DNA of 63,974 nt, filler included, from Squatina squatina (GCA_031763465.1; 4 parts of 4 records of this genome joined end to end with filler, not necessarily neighbours in it); one strand, 5' to 3'; positions 12,849 through 24,895 are shown, counted from the whole stretch's first letter. Notes: generated by a model from the letters alone, not told the origin. A program made the numbers and translations.

Positions 12849-13511
12849 GGGCTAGAAATTGATTGGTACCCCGTTGTGGGCGCGCATTTCTCTCACCGGC
12901 GCCCACCCCACCCCTCGCGGAATTCAGCGATCCAGGGAGCCTGCGAGGTGCAGCGCGTTCCCGGTCACAACTGGGGCAGCTGGTCTTGGACGCTGCTGGC
13001 GTGGCTTCAGCGACACGTCAGCACACGCAGCACAGCCAGGTCTCCCTTAAAGGGGAGGGCCGCTGTCCATCCTGACAGCGGCCCGACACTGGGCTACCAA
13101 GGACATCAGCGACCAGGCCACCAGCCTGGCATGCCAGGCGAGGGGATTGTGGCCCAATCCGGCCGAGGGCTGCCATCTTTTGGCCAACTACAAAGTCAGC
13201 TGAAAAATAAAGATGGTGGACTGAGGCGCAGACGCCCTCCCCTTTAACAGGCCTGTTGCAGCGACCGTCCAGCGCTGCGGCCGCCTCCAGCGGAGCGCAA
13301 AGGGCATTGCAGCTGCAAAGTGCGGGTCAGTGCGTGTTTTGATGACGTCATGCCAGGAAATTCAGCTGGGGCGCAAAGGTCTTTACGCCTGACCAGCTGA
13401 ATTTCGCGGGAGGCGAGATGGCCACCTCCTGACACCATTTTGTCCTCTAACGTCACTTTAGCGCCCCTCGGAGGTGCTAATGGGGCGTTACAGGAGATGA
13501 ATTTCGGTCCC
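12849..13511. mobile_element. Non-autonomous PIF/Harbinger-like MITE (663 nt)
   Basis: Termini GGGCTAGAAATT...AATTTCGGTCCC with flanks TAA/CAA; homologous in inverse orientation to 50846-51550. Confidence 0.8.
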
Positions 13512-13775
13512 CAAGTCACCAATTTCAAACAAGCCTTTAGCCCCAACACCAGCAATGACAAAGGTGGTGAGTTAGGGTGTGGGAAAAAAGATTAAAGTTA
13601 AACATGCTGGGGAGTGTATTTACATCACAAATTCCTAATAGTGGCCAATCATTGATGCACCAGTGAAGAGGCCAACTTGTGCAGTTCTCCTGGTTGGGGA
13701 GAAATAAAGTGGAAAGCAACTGGGCAAAAGCAAGTGCCTCTCTGTAATTGAATTTGTGGAAACCGCCATGCTCAC

Positions 13776-13896
13776 CTTGCAATCTCACAACTATAGGAAT
13801 CTTCAAATCCAAGTCCGTCACGGCCAGAATAATACCTTGAGCAATTACATCACAGCGCATAATGTCACCGAATATATTTACCAGAATAGCGAGTAC
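13776..13896 (-). CDS. SUCLA2: Succinate-CoA ligase ADP-forming beta subunit exon (121 nt)
   Basis: ctag|GTA CTC...CAA G|gtgag encodes [40 protein letters not shown](G). Confidence 0.93.
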
Positions 13897-14429
13897 CTAG
13901 CGAAAGAAGGAACCTTTTTAAAGAAATAATGAAACCGTCTGGGTAAAGTGACAAATCAATTAGCATAGTTAGATCAAAAGTACTTAATTTTCTGCTCATC
14001 AGTAATGATCATTTCACACACTATGCATTGGCAATACATACAAGGAATATTATTACTTTGTGCACCTAGTACTAAGTTTTGCCTGCTGGAATAGCACATC
14101 AGAAATATGGGCAAGTGCTCCTCAGCAGGGCAAAACTCTATACCGGGAATGCAAAATTGTAAAATCAGTCTAAAACAGACGTCATAAGTATGCAGGTCTG
14201 ATTGGGATTGTCTAATAATCAATTAGAATTTACTAAGTTTCAAGCTGTAACAGTTACTATTGTTCACTGCATTCAGTGTTAAATAAGTTATGTTATTTTG
14301 TGTCATCTTTAACACAAGTCAAATAGAATNNNNNNNNNNNNNNNNNNNNNNNNNNNNNNNNNNNNNNNNNNNNNNNNNNNNNNNNNNNNNNNNNNNNNNN
14401 NNNNNNNNNNNNNNNNNNNNNNNNNNNNN

Positions 14430-14660
14430 GGCAGTAATTGGCCAGATTGCATTTGTCCTGCTTTTTGTGGACAGAACATACCTGGGCAAATTTTCACTAT
14501 GTCAGGTAGATGTCACTGTCGCAGCTGTGCTGGAATAGCTTAGCTAGAGTTATGGCTAGTTCTGGAGCACAAGCTGTCGGAGACCATTGCCTTTGCTGTT
14601 TCTTGATAACACGTCATGTGAATCGAACTGGATGAAGACTGGTTTCGGCGATGATTATAA
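14430..14660. mobile_element. Degraded LINE fragment
   Basis: gcagtaattggccagattgcatttgtcctgctttttgtggacagaacatacctgggc resembles an antisense RT-region sequence I recall from shark LINEs. Confidence 0.4.
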
Positions 14661-14867
14661 TCTCTAACTATCTTTTGAGTATTGGCAGACTGGGTGGCAC
14701 AGGCTCCAGGTCCACTCTCCTTTGCTCAGAGATTGCTACACTGGAAAGGCGGACAAAAAAGTATACCTGCTTAGCTCATCGGAGGAATGGAAGAAATTTA
14801 GAATCATAAAATTTCCGGCAAATCCAAACAGTTGTAATGGAAGAGGGTAATAATTCACCCCACTCAC

Positions 14868-15010
14868 CTTTTTGTTTGAAGTAATAAGTCTAAATGCCTC
14901 ATTCACTTGCTGAGCTGTTGCCCCACCATCTACATCTAGAAAGTTGGCAGGCGATCCTCCATGAAGCTTTATGATATCCATTGTGGCCATAGCCAGCCCT
15001 GCACCATTTA
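14868..15010 (-). CDS. SUCLA2: SUCLA2 exon (143 nt)
   Basis: ttgcag|TA AAT GGT...AAA AAG|gtgag encodes (V)[47 protein letters not shown]. Confidence 0.95.
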
Positions 15011-15539
15011 CTGCAAAACAAAATACACACCAATGATATGCAACCAACCCATGTTTAAAACAAGCCAGCAAAGACTCGGAATAATCTCCCATAAAAAATC
15101 TGAATCAAAAAATGACTTGAAAGTAACGTGCAGACATGCAAATATCCTAAAAAGACCCCCCTTATCAGTCTTTCCTTGAATCAAGGAACTGCCTTTCTTC
15201 TTCTCAATGCTTCCACATTAGTTTAGACACATTTTGCATTGTTTAAAAGTGTTTGCCCTTTTTTTTTTTAAAATCATGGTTTAAAATTTTACATTTTTGA
15301 ACAAAGATTCAACCATGCTAATTTGCTGCAGTGATCCGGCGTCCCATTACAATAGAGCCTTTATTTACTGAATATTTGAAATGCAACACGGAGTCTGGCT
15401 GTCCAGCCTGACCAGTCCTCATTAAGTGTTCATCCTCCACACAGGGTACAGCTCCAAACTTGCCAAATATTTCAAACTGAAGTTCTGATTAATCCAGAAA
15501 TATTTACAGTGTACAAGTCATTTACAGCTAGTAGATGGG

Positions 15540-16158
15540 TAGAAAAAGCAACCAAAATGGTTAATAGAATGTTGGCCTTTATCTCAAAAGGGGCTGGAGT
15601 ACAAGGGGAGGAAGCTATGCGTCAGTTGCATTGAACCTTGGTCAGACCTGTGTTTAGTTTCAGGCAGTGCACCTCAGGAAGAATAGTGGCCTTGGAGGGG
15701 GGACTGTGCAGATTCTCCAGAATGATACCGGGCCTTAGAGGGTTAAATCATGAGGACAGGTTCCATAAACTTGCCTTGTATTCCCTCGAGTATAGAAGAC
15801 TAAGGGAGTGATCTGATCGAGGTGTTTAAAATGTTAAAAGGATTTGATACGGTAGATAGAGAAAATATTTCCTCTGGTGGGGGAAATCTGAAATGAGGCA
15901 ACATAAAATTAGAGCTAGGCCGTTCAGCAGGGAAATCGGGAAGCACATTTTCCACAAAGGGTAGTAGAAATCTGGAATTCTCTCTCTTTTCCCACCCCCC
16001 CACAAAAGGCTCTGGATTCTGGGAAAATTGGAGCTTTCAAGATTGAGATCAATAAATTTTTTTTAGTTAAGGGTATCAAGGGATATAGAGCTAAGGTGGG
16101 GAAATGAAGTTAAAGCACAGTTCAGCCATGATCTAATTGAATGGTGGAGCAGGCTCAT
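15540..16158 (+). mobile_element. CR1-type LINE 3' portion
   Basis: Degenerate ORF2 end (aggggtgatctgatcgaggtgtttaaaat-type motif) followed by the cagccatgatctaattgaatgg tail. Confidence 0.8.
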
Positions 16159-17432
16159 NNNNNNNNNNNNNNNNNNNNNNNNNNNNNNNNNNNNNNNNNN
16201 NNNNNNNNNNNNNNNNNNNNNNNNNNNNNNNNNNNNNNNNNNNNNNNNNNNNNNNNNNAACACTGATAAGCTGTATTTTTTCTGTAACATAAGGAGGAAA
16301 CAGTTTCTTGCAGTTCCATTGACAAGAGATAGGCTGGGCAAAACAATTTCCAAATTGAACTCAAGATTTGGTGAGGGAAAGACACTGGGTCAGATTTAGC
16401 TGTGAACGGCAAACGAATGGTACCAGCCGTTCGTCATACTTTCACTTGTCTTTCCATGAGGCTTTGCACAGCAAGTTACTGTCAACGTGAAATCCAAACC
16501 GCAGTGTCCTCTACAGGGCATCTGGGACCTGTGCGAACATAGGGCAAGCTGTCGTATGTTTCCTTAACCAGATTGAAGAATTGTTAGTGAGTCACGCCGT
16601 CTGAACCAGGAAGTGCTGGAATAGTGAATTCCAAGTCAAATCAGGTACAGAAAGTACAATCAAGTGAGAGGAAAAGAAAGATTGGATTAAGTGAATAGAG
16701 ACAAAGAAAAAGCAAACAAAAAGACTCCACATTTGTAACAGTTCATTTTCAGTGCCAGAGGTTGTTTGGCAATAATTAAGACTTATCACATTGTTAAGAG
16801 TGCTGAGACTGGAATAAACATTCTGTGGCGAGTTTAATCAAGTACAGGAACTTCACGCCATTTAATGTATTTGAATGGTGAGCCAGACAGTGGGATGCCA
16901 TTTTCATGAAGCTGGTGGAGGGGTAACGCATCTCTGACAGCAACTCGCAGATTTTCACATTTTAACTGTGCACGTGTGCTCGCTGATCCGCACATAAACA
17001 ACAGTGAACACTGTTAGCCTCACCATTACTTTCACAGTACATTCTGGGCAATTAACTCAATTTCAAGTGCTACATGTATTTTTACTTGAAGGGACTAATT
17101 AGTATACTGTGATAATATAGCTCTCCTCTCTCAGCGCCCTCAATCGGAACAGGGAGCAGCTGTTAACAAAAACCATCATGCACAATTTGGTCGGCACAAT
17201 TCTATGTGTACACATTTATTTTGATTTAGAGTTAAATGCTGATCAAGTTACATGCCCTTAGATTGTCAAAGGAAACTGCCGTAATTTGCATGCACAAATA
17301 AGCTGAATGGCAATTTCAATTTTCAACTAAAGTTTAAGGTAAAATGGGTGGAATAAGAAAATCTGGACAGAACTGTTTTTCTCAGTTGATTCTATTGATT
17401 CATCGGTGATGTACTCAAGCCCCATCTCTTAC

Positions 17433-17594
17433 CCAAACAGCCAATGTTTCCATTCAATCCAATGTAATTGAGCTTGGAATCAGCTGCTTGCTTGTCTTGT
17501 TGATCCTCTTGACTCCAGTCCCGCTGGGCAAAAATATCCTTCTGCCGATAGGCAGCATTAGAATCAAAGTTGATCTTTGCATCCATGCACATCA
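17433..17594 (-). CDS. SUCLA2: SUCLA2 exon (162 nt)
   Basis: ttgcag|TG ATG TGC...TTG G|gtaag encodes [53 protein letters not shown]; phases join all three exons in frame. Confidence 0.95.
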
Positions 17595-17761
17595 CTGCAA
17601 ACCAAAGGTTATGGCTGAAAATGCATCACTAATACATTAGTATTAGTATTACTAATACAGTAGTAATTGAATAAATGGTTGGCAACTGTTAAGAATTGCT
17701 TGCATTGTAGAGATGTCAACTGGCGGCCAATTAGTCTAGACCAACCCAAAAATATTCAATT

Positions 17762-17861
17762 NNNNNNNNNNNNNNNNNNNNNNNNNNNNNNNNNNNNNNN
17801 NNNNNTTAATTAATTAANNNNNNNNNNNNNNNNNNNNNNNNNNNNNNNNNNNNNNNNNNNN
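17762..17861. other. Artificial scaffold spacer
   Basis: 44 N + TTAATTAATTAA (stops in all six frames) + 44 N; gene context changes across it. Confidence 0.95.
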
Positions 17862-17942
17862 AGCCGACACATTCTGTAGGGCAAACGCACTTTCCTGTCT
17901 CTGCCTCGCATATGGCACCAAATTGGCAGTTTCCACAGCGGT
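17862..17942 (-). CDS. AGRN: Agrin follistatin/Kazal-repeat exon, truncated by the scaffold end
   Basis: ttccag|AC CGC TGT encodes [27 protein letters not shown], matching the agrin DRCG.C.FGA.CEAETG.CVCP repeat. Confidence 0.9.
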
Positions 17943-18542
17943 CTGGAAGCAAAAAAAAACATGACGACATCACTTGAATGCCAAAGTAACTCCTTCTTCC
18001 ATGCAGATCAGTGTCAAAAGAATAATTAAATAAATACAAACATCCAGGTTGCTTCATAGACAGTTATGTACTGAAACTGTAAGATACGCAACATTAGGAA
18101 TATACCGATATTGACTATATGCAGATGTTTCATAGTGCCCTGTTTTCGATTCGTCAGATTGTTTCCCTAGTTCCCAAGTAGTGGCACTGTACTTGCTGCA
18201 GCCCCAGCATGCAAAGTGCCACGCTGTAAAACTCCAGTAATCAGGTCACATTTCACAGAGAAAGTTGGCATTATTAATAAGGTGACAATATTACATAGAA
18301 TTACATACAGTCTACAGCACAGAAACAGGCCATTCAGCGCAACAGGCCAATGCCAATGTTTATGCTCCACACGAGCCTCCTACCACCTTACCTCATCCAA
18401 CCCTATCAGCATATCCTTCTATTCCTTTCTCCCTCCTGTGTTTATCTAGCCTCCAGTTAAATGCATCTACGCTTTACGCCTCAACCGCTTCTTGGGGTAG
18501 CAATTTATGGGATGAAACATTCATGGGATGACTGTCAGCTAT

Positions 18543-19013
18543 GTGTCTGCTGTGGCTCAGTGGGTGGAACACTCGCCTCTGGGTCAGAAGGTTGTGGGTT
18601 CAACTCACACTCCAGGGAATAGAGCACATAAATCCAGGCTGACACTCCAGTGCAGTGCTGAGGGACTGCTGCACTGTCGGAGGTGCCATCTTTTGGATGA
18701 GACGTTTGAAACTGAGGCGTTGTCTGTCCCTTCAGGTGGATGTAAAAGATCCCCTGGCACTATTGGAAGAAGAGCAGGGGGTGTTCCTCTTGGGGCCAAT
18801 ATTTATCCCTCAATCAACATCACTAAAAACAGACGATGTGGTCATTATCACATTGCTGGTTGTGGGAGCTTGCTGTGCGCAAATTGGCTGCCGCGTTTCT
18901 CTCCATTACAACAGTGACTACACTTCAGAAAAGTACTTCATTGGCTATAAAGCACTTTGGGACTTCCTGAGGCCGTGAAAGGTGCTGTAGAAATGCAAGT
19001 CTTTCTTTCTTTC
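18543..19013 (+). mobile_element. Near full-length SacSINE1/DeuSINE-type tRNA-derived SINE
   Basis: A box tggctcagtggg, B box ggttcaactc, central cagtgcagtgctgaggg...ctgcactg, tail aaatgcaagtctttctttct. Confidence 0.85.
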
Positions 19014-19016
19014 AAT

Positions 19017-19330
19017 GAAATAAATGACCAGACAATATGTTTTAGGTGCTGGTTGAGGGATAATTATTGGCCAGGAAACCGGGGAGAATTCTTTGTTCGT
19101 CTTCGAAATAGTGCCATGAAATCTCTCATGTCCGCCGAAGAGGGCAGTCTGGGCCTTGGTTTAGCATCCCATCTGAAAGGCATCTCCGACAGCCCTAGAT
19201 TATGTATCAGCCTAGTTTTGGTGCTGAAGTCTCAGGAGTGGGGCAGGAACCCACGACCTTCTGACTCGGAGGCAAGAGTGCTATTGCGCCACAGTTGACA
19301 CGAATAAGAAAGACTTGCATTTATATAGAA
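19017..19330 (-). mobile_element. Partial SacSINE1-type SINE plus a separate tail fragment
   Basis: Reverse complement of the head and centre of the 18543-19013 family. Confidence 0.75.
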
Positions 19331-19614
19331 GGGATCGAAAATTAGGCCAAGTAATTTTAAAAATGATGGAATTAGAAGTATGGAGGAAATTCGGACAGAA
19401 CTACCTCAAGTAGCCCTTCTGCTGCCTGTTGGAAAGATGGGATGAAGGCTGATTTTAACAGAGTTGAGCTACAATAGAATAGGGATTGCGCTGATTTGGT
19501 TAAATGCTCCAGGCATGATTGCACAATCAGGTGCTCTCAAGCGAGGAGCAGCACTCGCAAAGTGAACAGGTTGGAAAGACTATGGTCCACAGCTCGTGAT
19601 TTTCTATCCGTAAG

Positions 19615-20020
19615 AAGAAAGAATGAACTTAAATTTTTATAGCGCCTTTCATGACTGCAGGACGTCCCAAAGCGCTTTGCAGTCAATTAAGTACTTTTGA
19701 AGTGTAGTTACTGTTGTATTGTGCCAATTTGCGCACAGCAAGCTCCCACAAAGAGCAGTGAGATAACGACCAGATAATCTGTTTTAGTGCTATTGGTTAA
19801 GGGATAAATATTGGCCAGGACACCAGGGAGAAATCCCCTGTTCTTCTTCAGAATAGTGCCATGGGATCTTTTATGCCCACTTGAGAGTGCAGACGGGGCC
19901 TCGGTTTAACGTCTCACCCGAAAGATGGCACCCCAGTCAGTGCAGAAAACTGCACTGGGAACGTCAGCCTAGATTTTTGTGCTCAAGTCTCTGGAGTGGG
20001 AATTGAACCCGCGACCTTCA
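19615..20020 (-). mobile_element. SacSINE1-type SINE
   Basis: Reverse complement from the tail (tatagcgcctttcatgac) to the B box (ggaattgaaccc). Confidence 0.85.
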
Positions 20021-21164
20021 GCTGAATTGGATGGAAGGCCACCGGCAATTTCCTGAGCTTATACGCCACGCAATGTGCTGACTGCTCCCTGGGACGGTCG
20101 AATCCGCTCCGCTGTCTGGTCTGGTGCTGAGCAGCACGAACTGAGAATGCTCAGAGTTTTTTTTGTGAGGTGGAGTGGGGGCAGTGGGCCAAAATTTCAT
20201 GGCCCACTGTAGCTGTGGATTCAAAGGTCCCTGGCGTCATGTTTGCTGGTTGGGATGGGTATAATGCATTGCTTCTAGACAAATAGTCATGAAGTCAAGA
20301 TTAACTCCAAGTTTAGGCAAACACATTATCAAAATTGAGATAAATAAAACATTTTAATTGTTGTAAATCTACAATAAAAACAGAAAAAATCTGGAAATGC
20401 ACATCAGGTCAGTTGGCATCTGAAAAATAAGTTTGAGTTTTGGGTGAGACCCTACATCAACTGAACTTTGTCATTTTGTTATTATTTGAGNNNNNNNNNN
20501 NNNNNNNNNNNNNNNNNNNNNNNNNNNNNNNNNNNNNNNNNNNNNNNNNNNNNNNNNNNNNNNNNNNNNNNNNNNNNNNNNNNNNNNNNNTTACACGTGC
20601 TCAATTGCAATATCCATTTGTAGATTCAAATTAAGGTCATCTCATTTTCAAATATAATGGTTCCATATCAGCATCTCCTGTCTCCTGAGTTATAGAGATA
20701 GCTGTTTCAACAGCATCTCAGATTCTTTATTAAGGAGCGTTATTGATCACAGCCCTGCACTAAAATTGCAGAGAGATTAATAATCATACGTGACAATGGG
20801 TAGAAATTGGATTCAATATAAAACCTTAATGGAATGTCATTCTGCTTGCTACACACAATAAGAATCCAATGGCCCAGCCTGGCACAGGTTCTACGCATCT
20901 GCCACAATTCACATTAACAGAATATTATACGTCAAATGGAAAGATTAAACAGTTTCACGGTGGAAATGGAAAAGCAGCAGATTGAAAAGCAACACATTTT
21001 TGTGGAAATAGTATAACTCATAAACTGAGCAACCCCACCCCCATACCCGCCCCCCACCCACCCGCCAGGACAAACAGTTGTTGATTGAGAAAGTCCTTGA
21101 AATCATTCAAAACCAATTGAAATATGAAGAGAAGCAAAAGGTACACTCGACCGCCTAAAGGAAA

Positions 21165-21305
21165 TAACAACCTGTATTTATATAGCATTTTTAACGTAGT
21201 AGAATGCCACAAGGCGCTTCACAGGACTGTTATCAAATATAAATCCGACACCGAGCCACATATTAGGGCAGGTGGCCAAAAGCTTGGTCAAAGAGGTAGG
21301 TTTTA
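21165..21305 (-). mobile_element. L2-type LINE 3' end
   Basis: aacaacctgtatttatatagcatttttaacgtag...ccaaaagcttggtcaaagaggtaggtttta is the reverse complement of 22950-23103. Confidence 0.7.
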
Positions 21306-22305
21306 NNNNNNNNNNNNNNNNNNNNNNNNNNNNNNNNNNNNNNNNNNNNNNNNNNNNNNNNNNNNNNNNNNNNNNNNNNNNNNNNNNNNNNNNNNNNNNN
21401 NNNNNGTAACAATCACAATACAAATAATGAGAGAAGCACAATGTAGTTTTAGTCAGCAAGAGAAGAGGATGAAATATAAAATAATAAAAGACATTTGCAA
21501 ATGGGACAATGTCATGTGTAAAAAGCTTTGTTCAGTGAAAATTAGAATAGTGGATAATGACGGCTTCACTGCTTTCGAGTGACCCTCCAGCAATGTACCT
21601 TCCACTCATTGCAAACAAATGAGGAATTGGCGATCGGGAAACTTAAAAATATATATATATAAATAAAAGCAAGTCCTATTAAAATAACAAAATGTCTCAG
21701 TATATAATTAAATGTAATTCACAATGGCTCAAACAATTAAGGTAAATATTCTACAGAAATGTCACCTGTAGAAAATGCCTGATTTAATTATCAGTGTGGC
21801 TCGCACGCGCAGGCTACCACTGGCTCACTGCCTAACACATCCTTAACTGTGTATTGTTGTTTGACAGGAAGCCTGTTCCGCGGCACTGAGAGTCACATTT
21901 AATTAATGAGAAAATATTCCTGCTACTGTCGGATGAACTGAATACCACAACCAGTAATTATCAAACTTACCCACCACCGCTTGATATTATCTTTCACACA
22001 TCCCAAGCACCTGTCACGATGGGTGGAAAGTCAGCAATTCTGCAGATTATTGATGACAGCTACAGGNNNNNNNNNNCAAAATTCCATTGCATAATTCAAA
22101 CTGGAACCTTCCCTAATACGCCACGCTGGTACTTATTCTCCCAACCTCATTCATGTTACCCTGCCTCCTTGCCTGTCCCAGTGTAGCCAGCACATCTCCT
22201 GCAATGACTTCTCCCACCCTTGTACAGACAACTCAGTCGTGCCTCAAGGGTTCTAGCTGAGGTTCTGTCCTATTTACATACAACCCCTTAACAACATCAT
22301 TCATA

Positions 22306-22661
22306 GTGTCAGCTGTGGCTCAGTGGGTAACACAACTCTGAGTCAAACAGTCGTGGGTTCAAAGCCCCACTCCAGAGACTTGAGCACTAGGCTGACGCTC
22401 CGGTGCAGTGTTGAGGGGGTGCTGCACTGTCGGCGGTGCCGTCTTTCAGATGAGACGTTAAACTGAGGGCCCCGTCTGCTCTCTCAGGCGGACGTAAAAG
22501 ATCCCGTGGCATTATTTCAAAGATGAGCAGGGGGGAGTTATCCCCAGTGTCCTGGGGCCAATATTTAATCCCTCAATCAACATAACAAAAACAAGGATTA
22601 CTTGATCATTATCATAGTGCTCTTTGCGGGATCTTGATGTGCGCAAATTGGTTGCCGTGTT
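22306..22661 (+). mobile_element. SacSINE1-type SINE, 3' end in a gap
   Basis: gtgtcagctgtggctcagtggg...ggttcaaagcccc...; colinear with 18543-18900. Confidence 0.85.
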
Positions 22662-22789
22662 NNNNNNNNNNNNNNNNNNNNNNNNNNNNNNNNNNNNNNN
22701 NNNNNNNNNNNNNNNNNNNNNNNNNNNNNNNNNNNNNNNNNNNNNNNNNNNNNNNNNNNNNCAACCACCAACCCCCCCCCCCGACCCAC

Positions 22790-23103
22790 CCCTAGAAATC
22801 TGCACTCCTCTAATTCTGACCTCTTGAGCATCCCCAATTTTAATCGCTACACCATTGGCATCCGTACCTTCAGCTGCCTTGGCCCTAAGATCTGGAATTC
22901 CCTCCCTGAACCTCTTCACCGCTCTATCTCTCTTTCCTCCTTTAAGACCTTAAAACCTACTTCGTTGACCAAGCCTTTGGTCATCTGCCCTAATATCTTC
23001 TTATGTGGCTCAGTGTCAAATTTTGTTTGATAATCATTCCTGTGAAGCGCCCTGGGTGTGTTTTACTACATGAAAGGCGCTACATAAATGCAAGTTGTTG
23101 TTG
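22790..23103 (+). mobile_element. L2-type LINE 3' end
   Basis: IGIRTFSCLGPKIWNSLP...SFKTLK ORF2 C-terminus and ggcgctacataaatgcaagttgttgttg tail. Confidence 0.8.
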
Positions 23104-24197
23104 CTTGGGAACAGTTAAGGAAAAAAATGTTTCCCTAAACACCAACATTTATTGTACCTGGAACTGCCGTGACAGGCCAAAGAACTTCAATCAGCTAAAT
23201 CAGTTAAATCAAGACAATTGCATCCCCAAAATTGAAATTATGTCAACTCAATGCTCCATTTCTATGCAAGTTGGTTAGTCCAATTACCCAATCAAACTAT
23301 CATTTATGCCACATCAGCGGAGAGCGCTTTTATTTCAAGCAAGTAATCAAAGTTGTCAGTTCAAAGCATTTTTGCAAAAAGCAAGAAAATTAGATCCATT
23401 AGAAATGGACAATTAATCTGGGATATGTGTAAAAAGGCTTCTTGCCTTGACTGAAATCAGAAAGACCTGGATGTCACATATTTAACTCAAACACCGTGGA
23501 CCAACGTTCCCTCTAATTGGTGCGTGACTGCACGTCCGCGCACCTTCAAGGAAACATTGCTGGGGACCTATGTTCCCACCTGCCCCAGATGAACAAATTT
23601 CAGCCGGTCTTCTCCTACTCAACATCTCACTCCTTATACATCTCCTTCAAAACACCCAGGCGAGTTGGTGGCACGAGCAAACAGGTCACAGTTAACGGGT
23701 ACATAGGGTGACAAGATGTCCTGATTTTGCCGTTTTTTTAAGGACAAGTCCCAATGTCCNNNNNNNNNNNNNNNNNNNNNNNNNNNNNNNNNNNNNNNNN
23801 NNNNNNNNNNNNNNNNNNNNNNNNNNNNNNNNNNNNNNNNNNNNNNNNNNNNNNNNNNNGGTTCATGCATTTGAAAGCCTTGACTGAAGACTGAAAACAC
23901 CTACAGATTCACTTACAGCACGTGACCCCAGCGCAGAACAAAGCTGAATGCTCAGAGGGTGTCAATTTTCAAGAACGGGAAAAGCCCTGAAAACCTGCAT
24001 TAAGTAACTTAAGATGCTAAAAGGGCTGGCCACTCCACATGTTTAATTACTGGACATCTCCACAATCTGCCACAGAGTGATCAACGATTAGGAATACAGC
24101 TGGGATTTCAACAGCTCTAATTCTGCTCTCCCCTAAGTGCACACGATGGTGTTGGCTGTACGGACTGTTCACTATGTCCATGTTTTGTCCACGACTC

Positions 24198-24587
24198 GAG
24201 GATTTTAGCTATGAGGAAAGATTGGAGAGCTGGGGTTGTTTTCCTTTGAACAGGGGAGGCTGAGGGGGAGATTTGATTGAGTTGTATAAAATTGCGAGAA
24301 GCCTAGACAGAGTGGATAGGAAGGACCTATTCCCCTTAGCAGAGGGGTCAATAACCAGGGGGCAGAGATTTAAAGTGATTGGTAGAAGGATTAGAGGGGA
24401 GTTGAGGAGATCTTTTTTCACCCAGAGGGTGGTGGAGGCAGAAGCCCTCAACACATTTAAAAAGTACTTGGATATGCACTTGAAGCTGGAAAGTGAAAAG
24501 TGGGATTAGGCTGGATAACTCTTTTCCGGCCAGCACAAACACGATGGGCCGAATGGCCTCCTTCCATGCTATAGATTTCTATGATTC
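24198..24587 (+). mobile_element. CR1-type LINE 3' end
   Basis: LIELYKI..LDRVDRKDLFPL...FFTQRVV peptide and gatgggccgaatggcctccttc tail. Confidence 0.85.
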
Positions 24588-24895
24588 AACATCACAACNN
24601 NNNNNNNNNNNNNNNNNNNNNNNNNNNNNNNNNNNNNNNNNNNNNNNNNNNNNNNNNNNNNNNNNNNNNNNNNNNNNNNNNNNNNNNNNNNNNNNNNNAA
24701 ACGTATTAATAGTTTGGGAGAACACAGCCAGTGAATTCACCAGGCCTGTAGCACTTTTTAAAACTCAATACCTCCTGGTCCTTCAGTCGTAAATTTACAC
24801 CAAAATTTGCTGGGGAACAGATTAGAATACACCACAGAGACCATTGCAGTGAGTTAGAAGCTGCACTGCCAATGCCAATACAGAATAGTATCATA

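Noticed and set aside
9628-13775. Apparent extreme compaction of the HTR2A-SUCLA2 interval, and missing exons in every gene
   Set aside because: The fixed 100-N gaps are of unknown size and many expected exons are absent, so distances and exon loss cannot be inferred.
17806-17817. TTAATTAATTAA palindrome seen three times (also 35858-35869 and 51798-51809)
   Set aside because: Always centred in 44+44 N, so it is an artificial joiner. No linkage across these points is implied.
18543-18620. tRNA-like A/B boxes here and at other SINE heads
   Set aside because: They run into SINE bodies and show no complete cloverleaf, so they are not tRNA genes.
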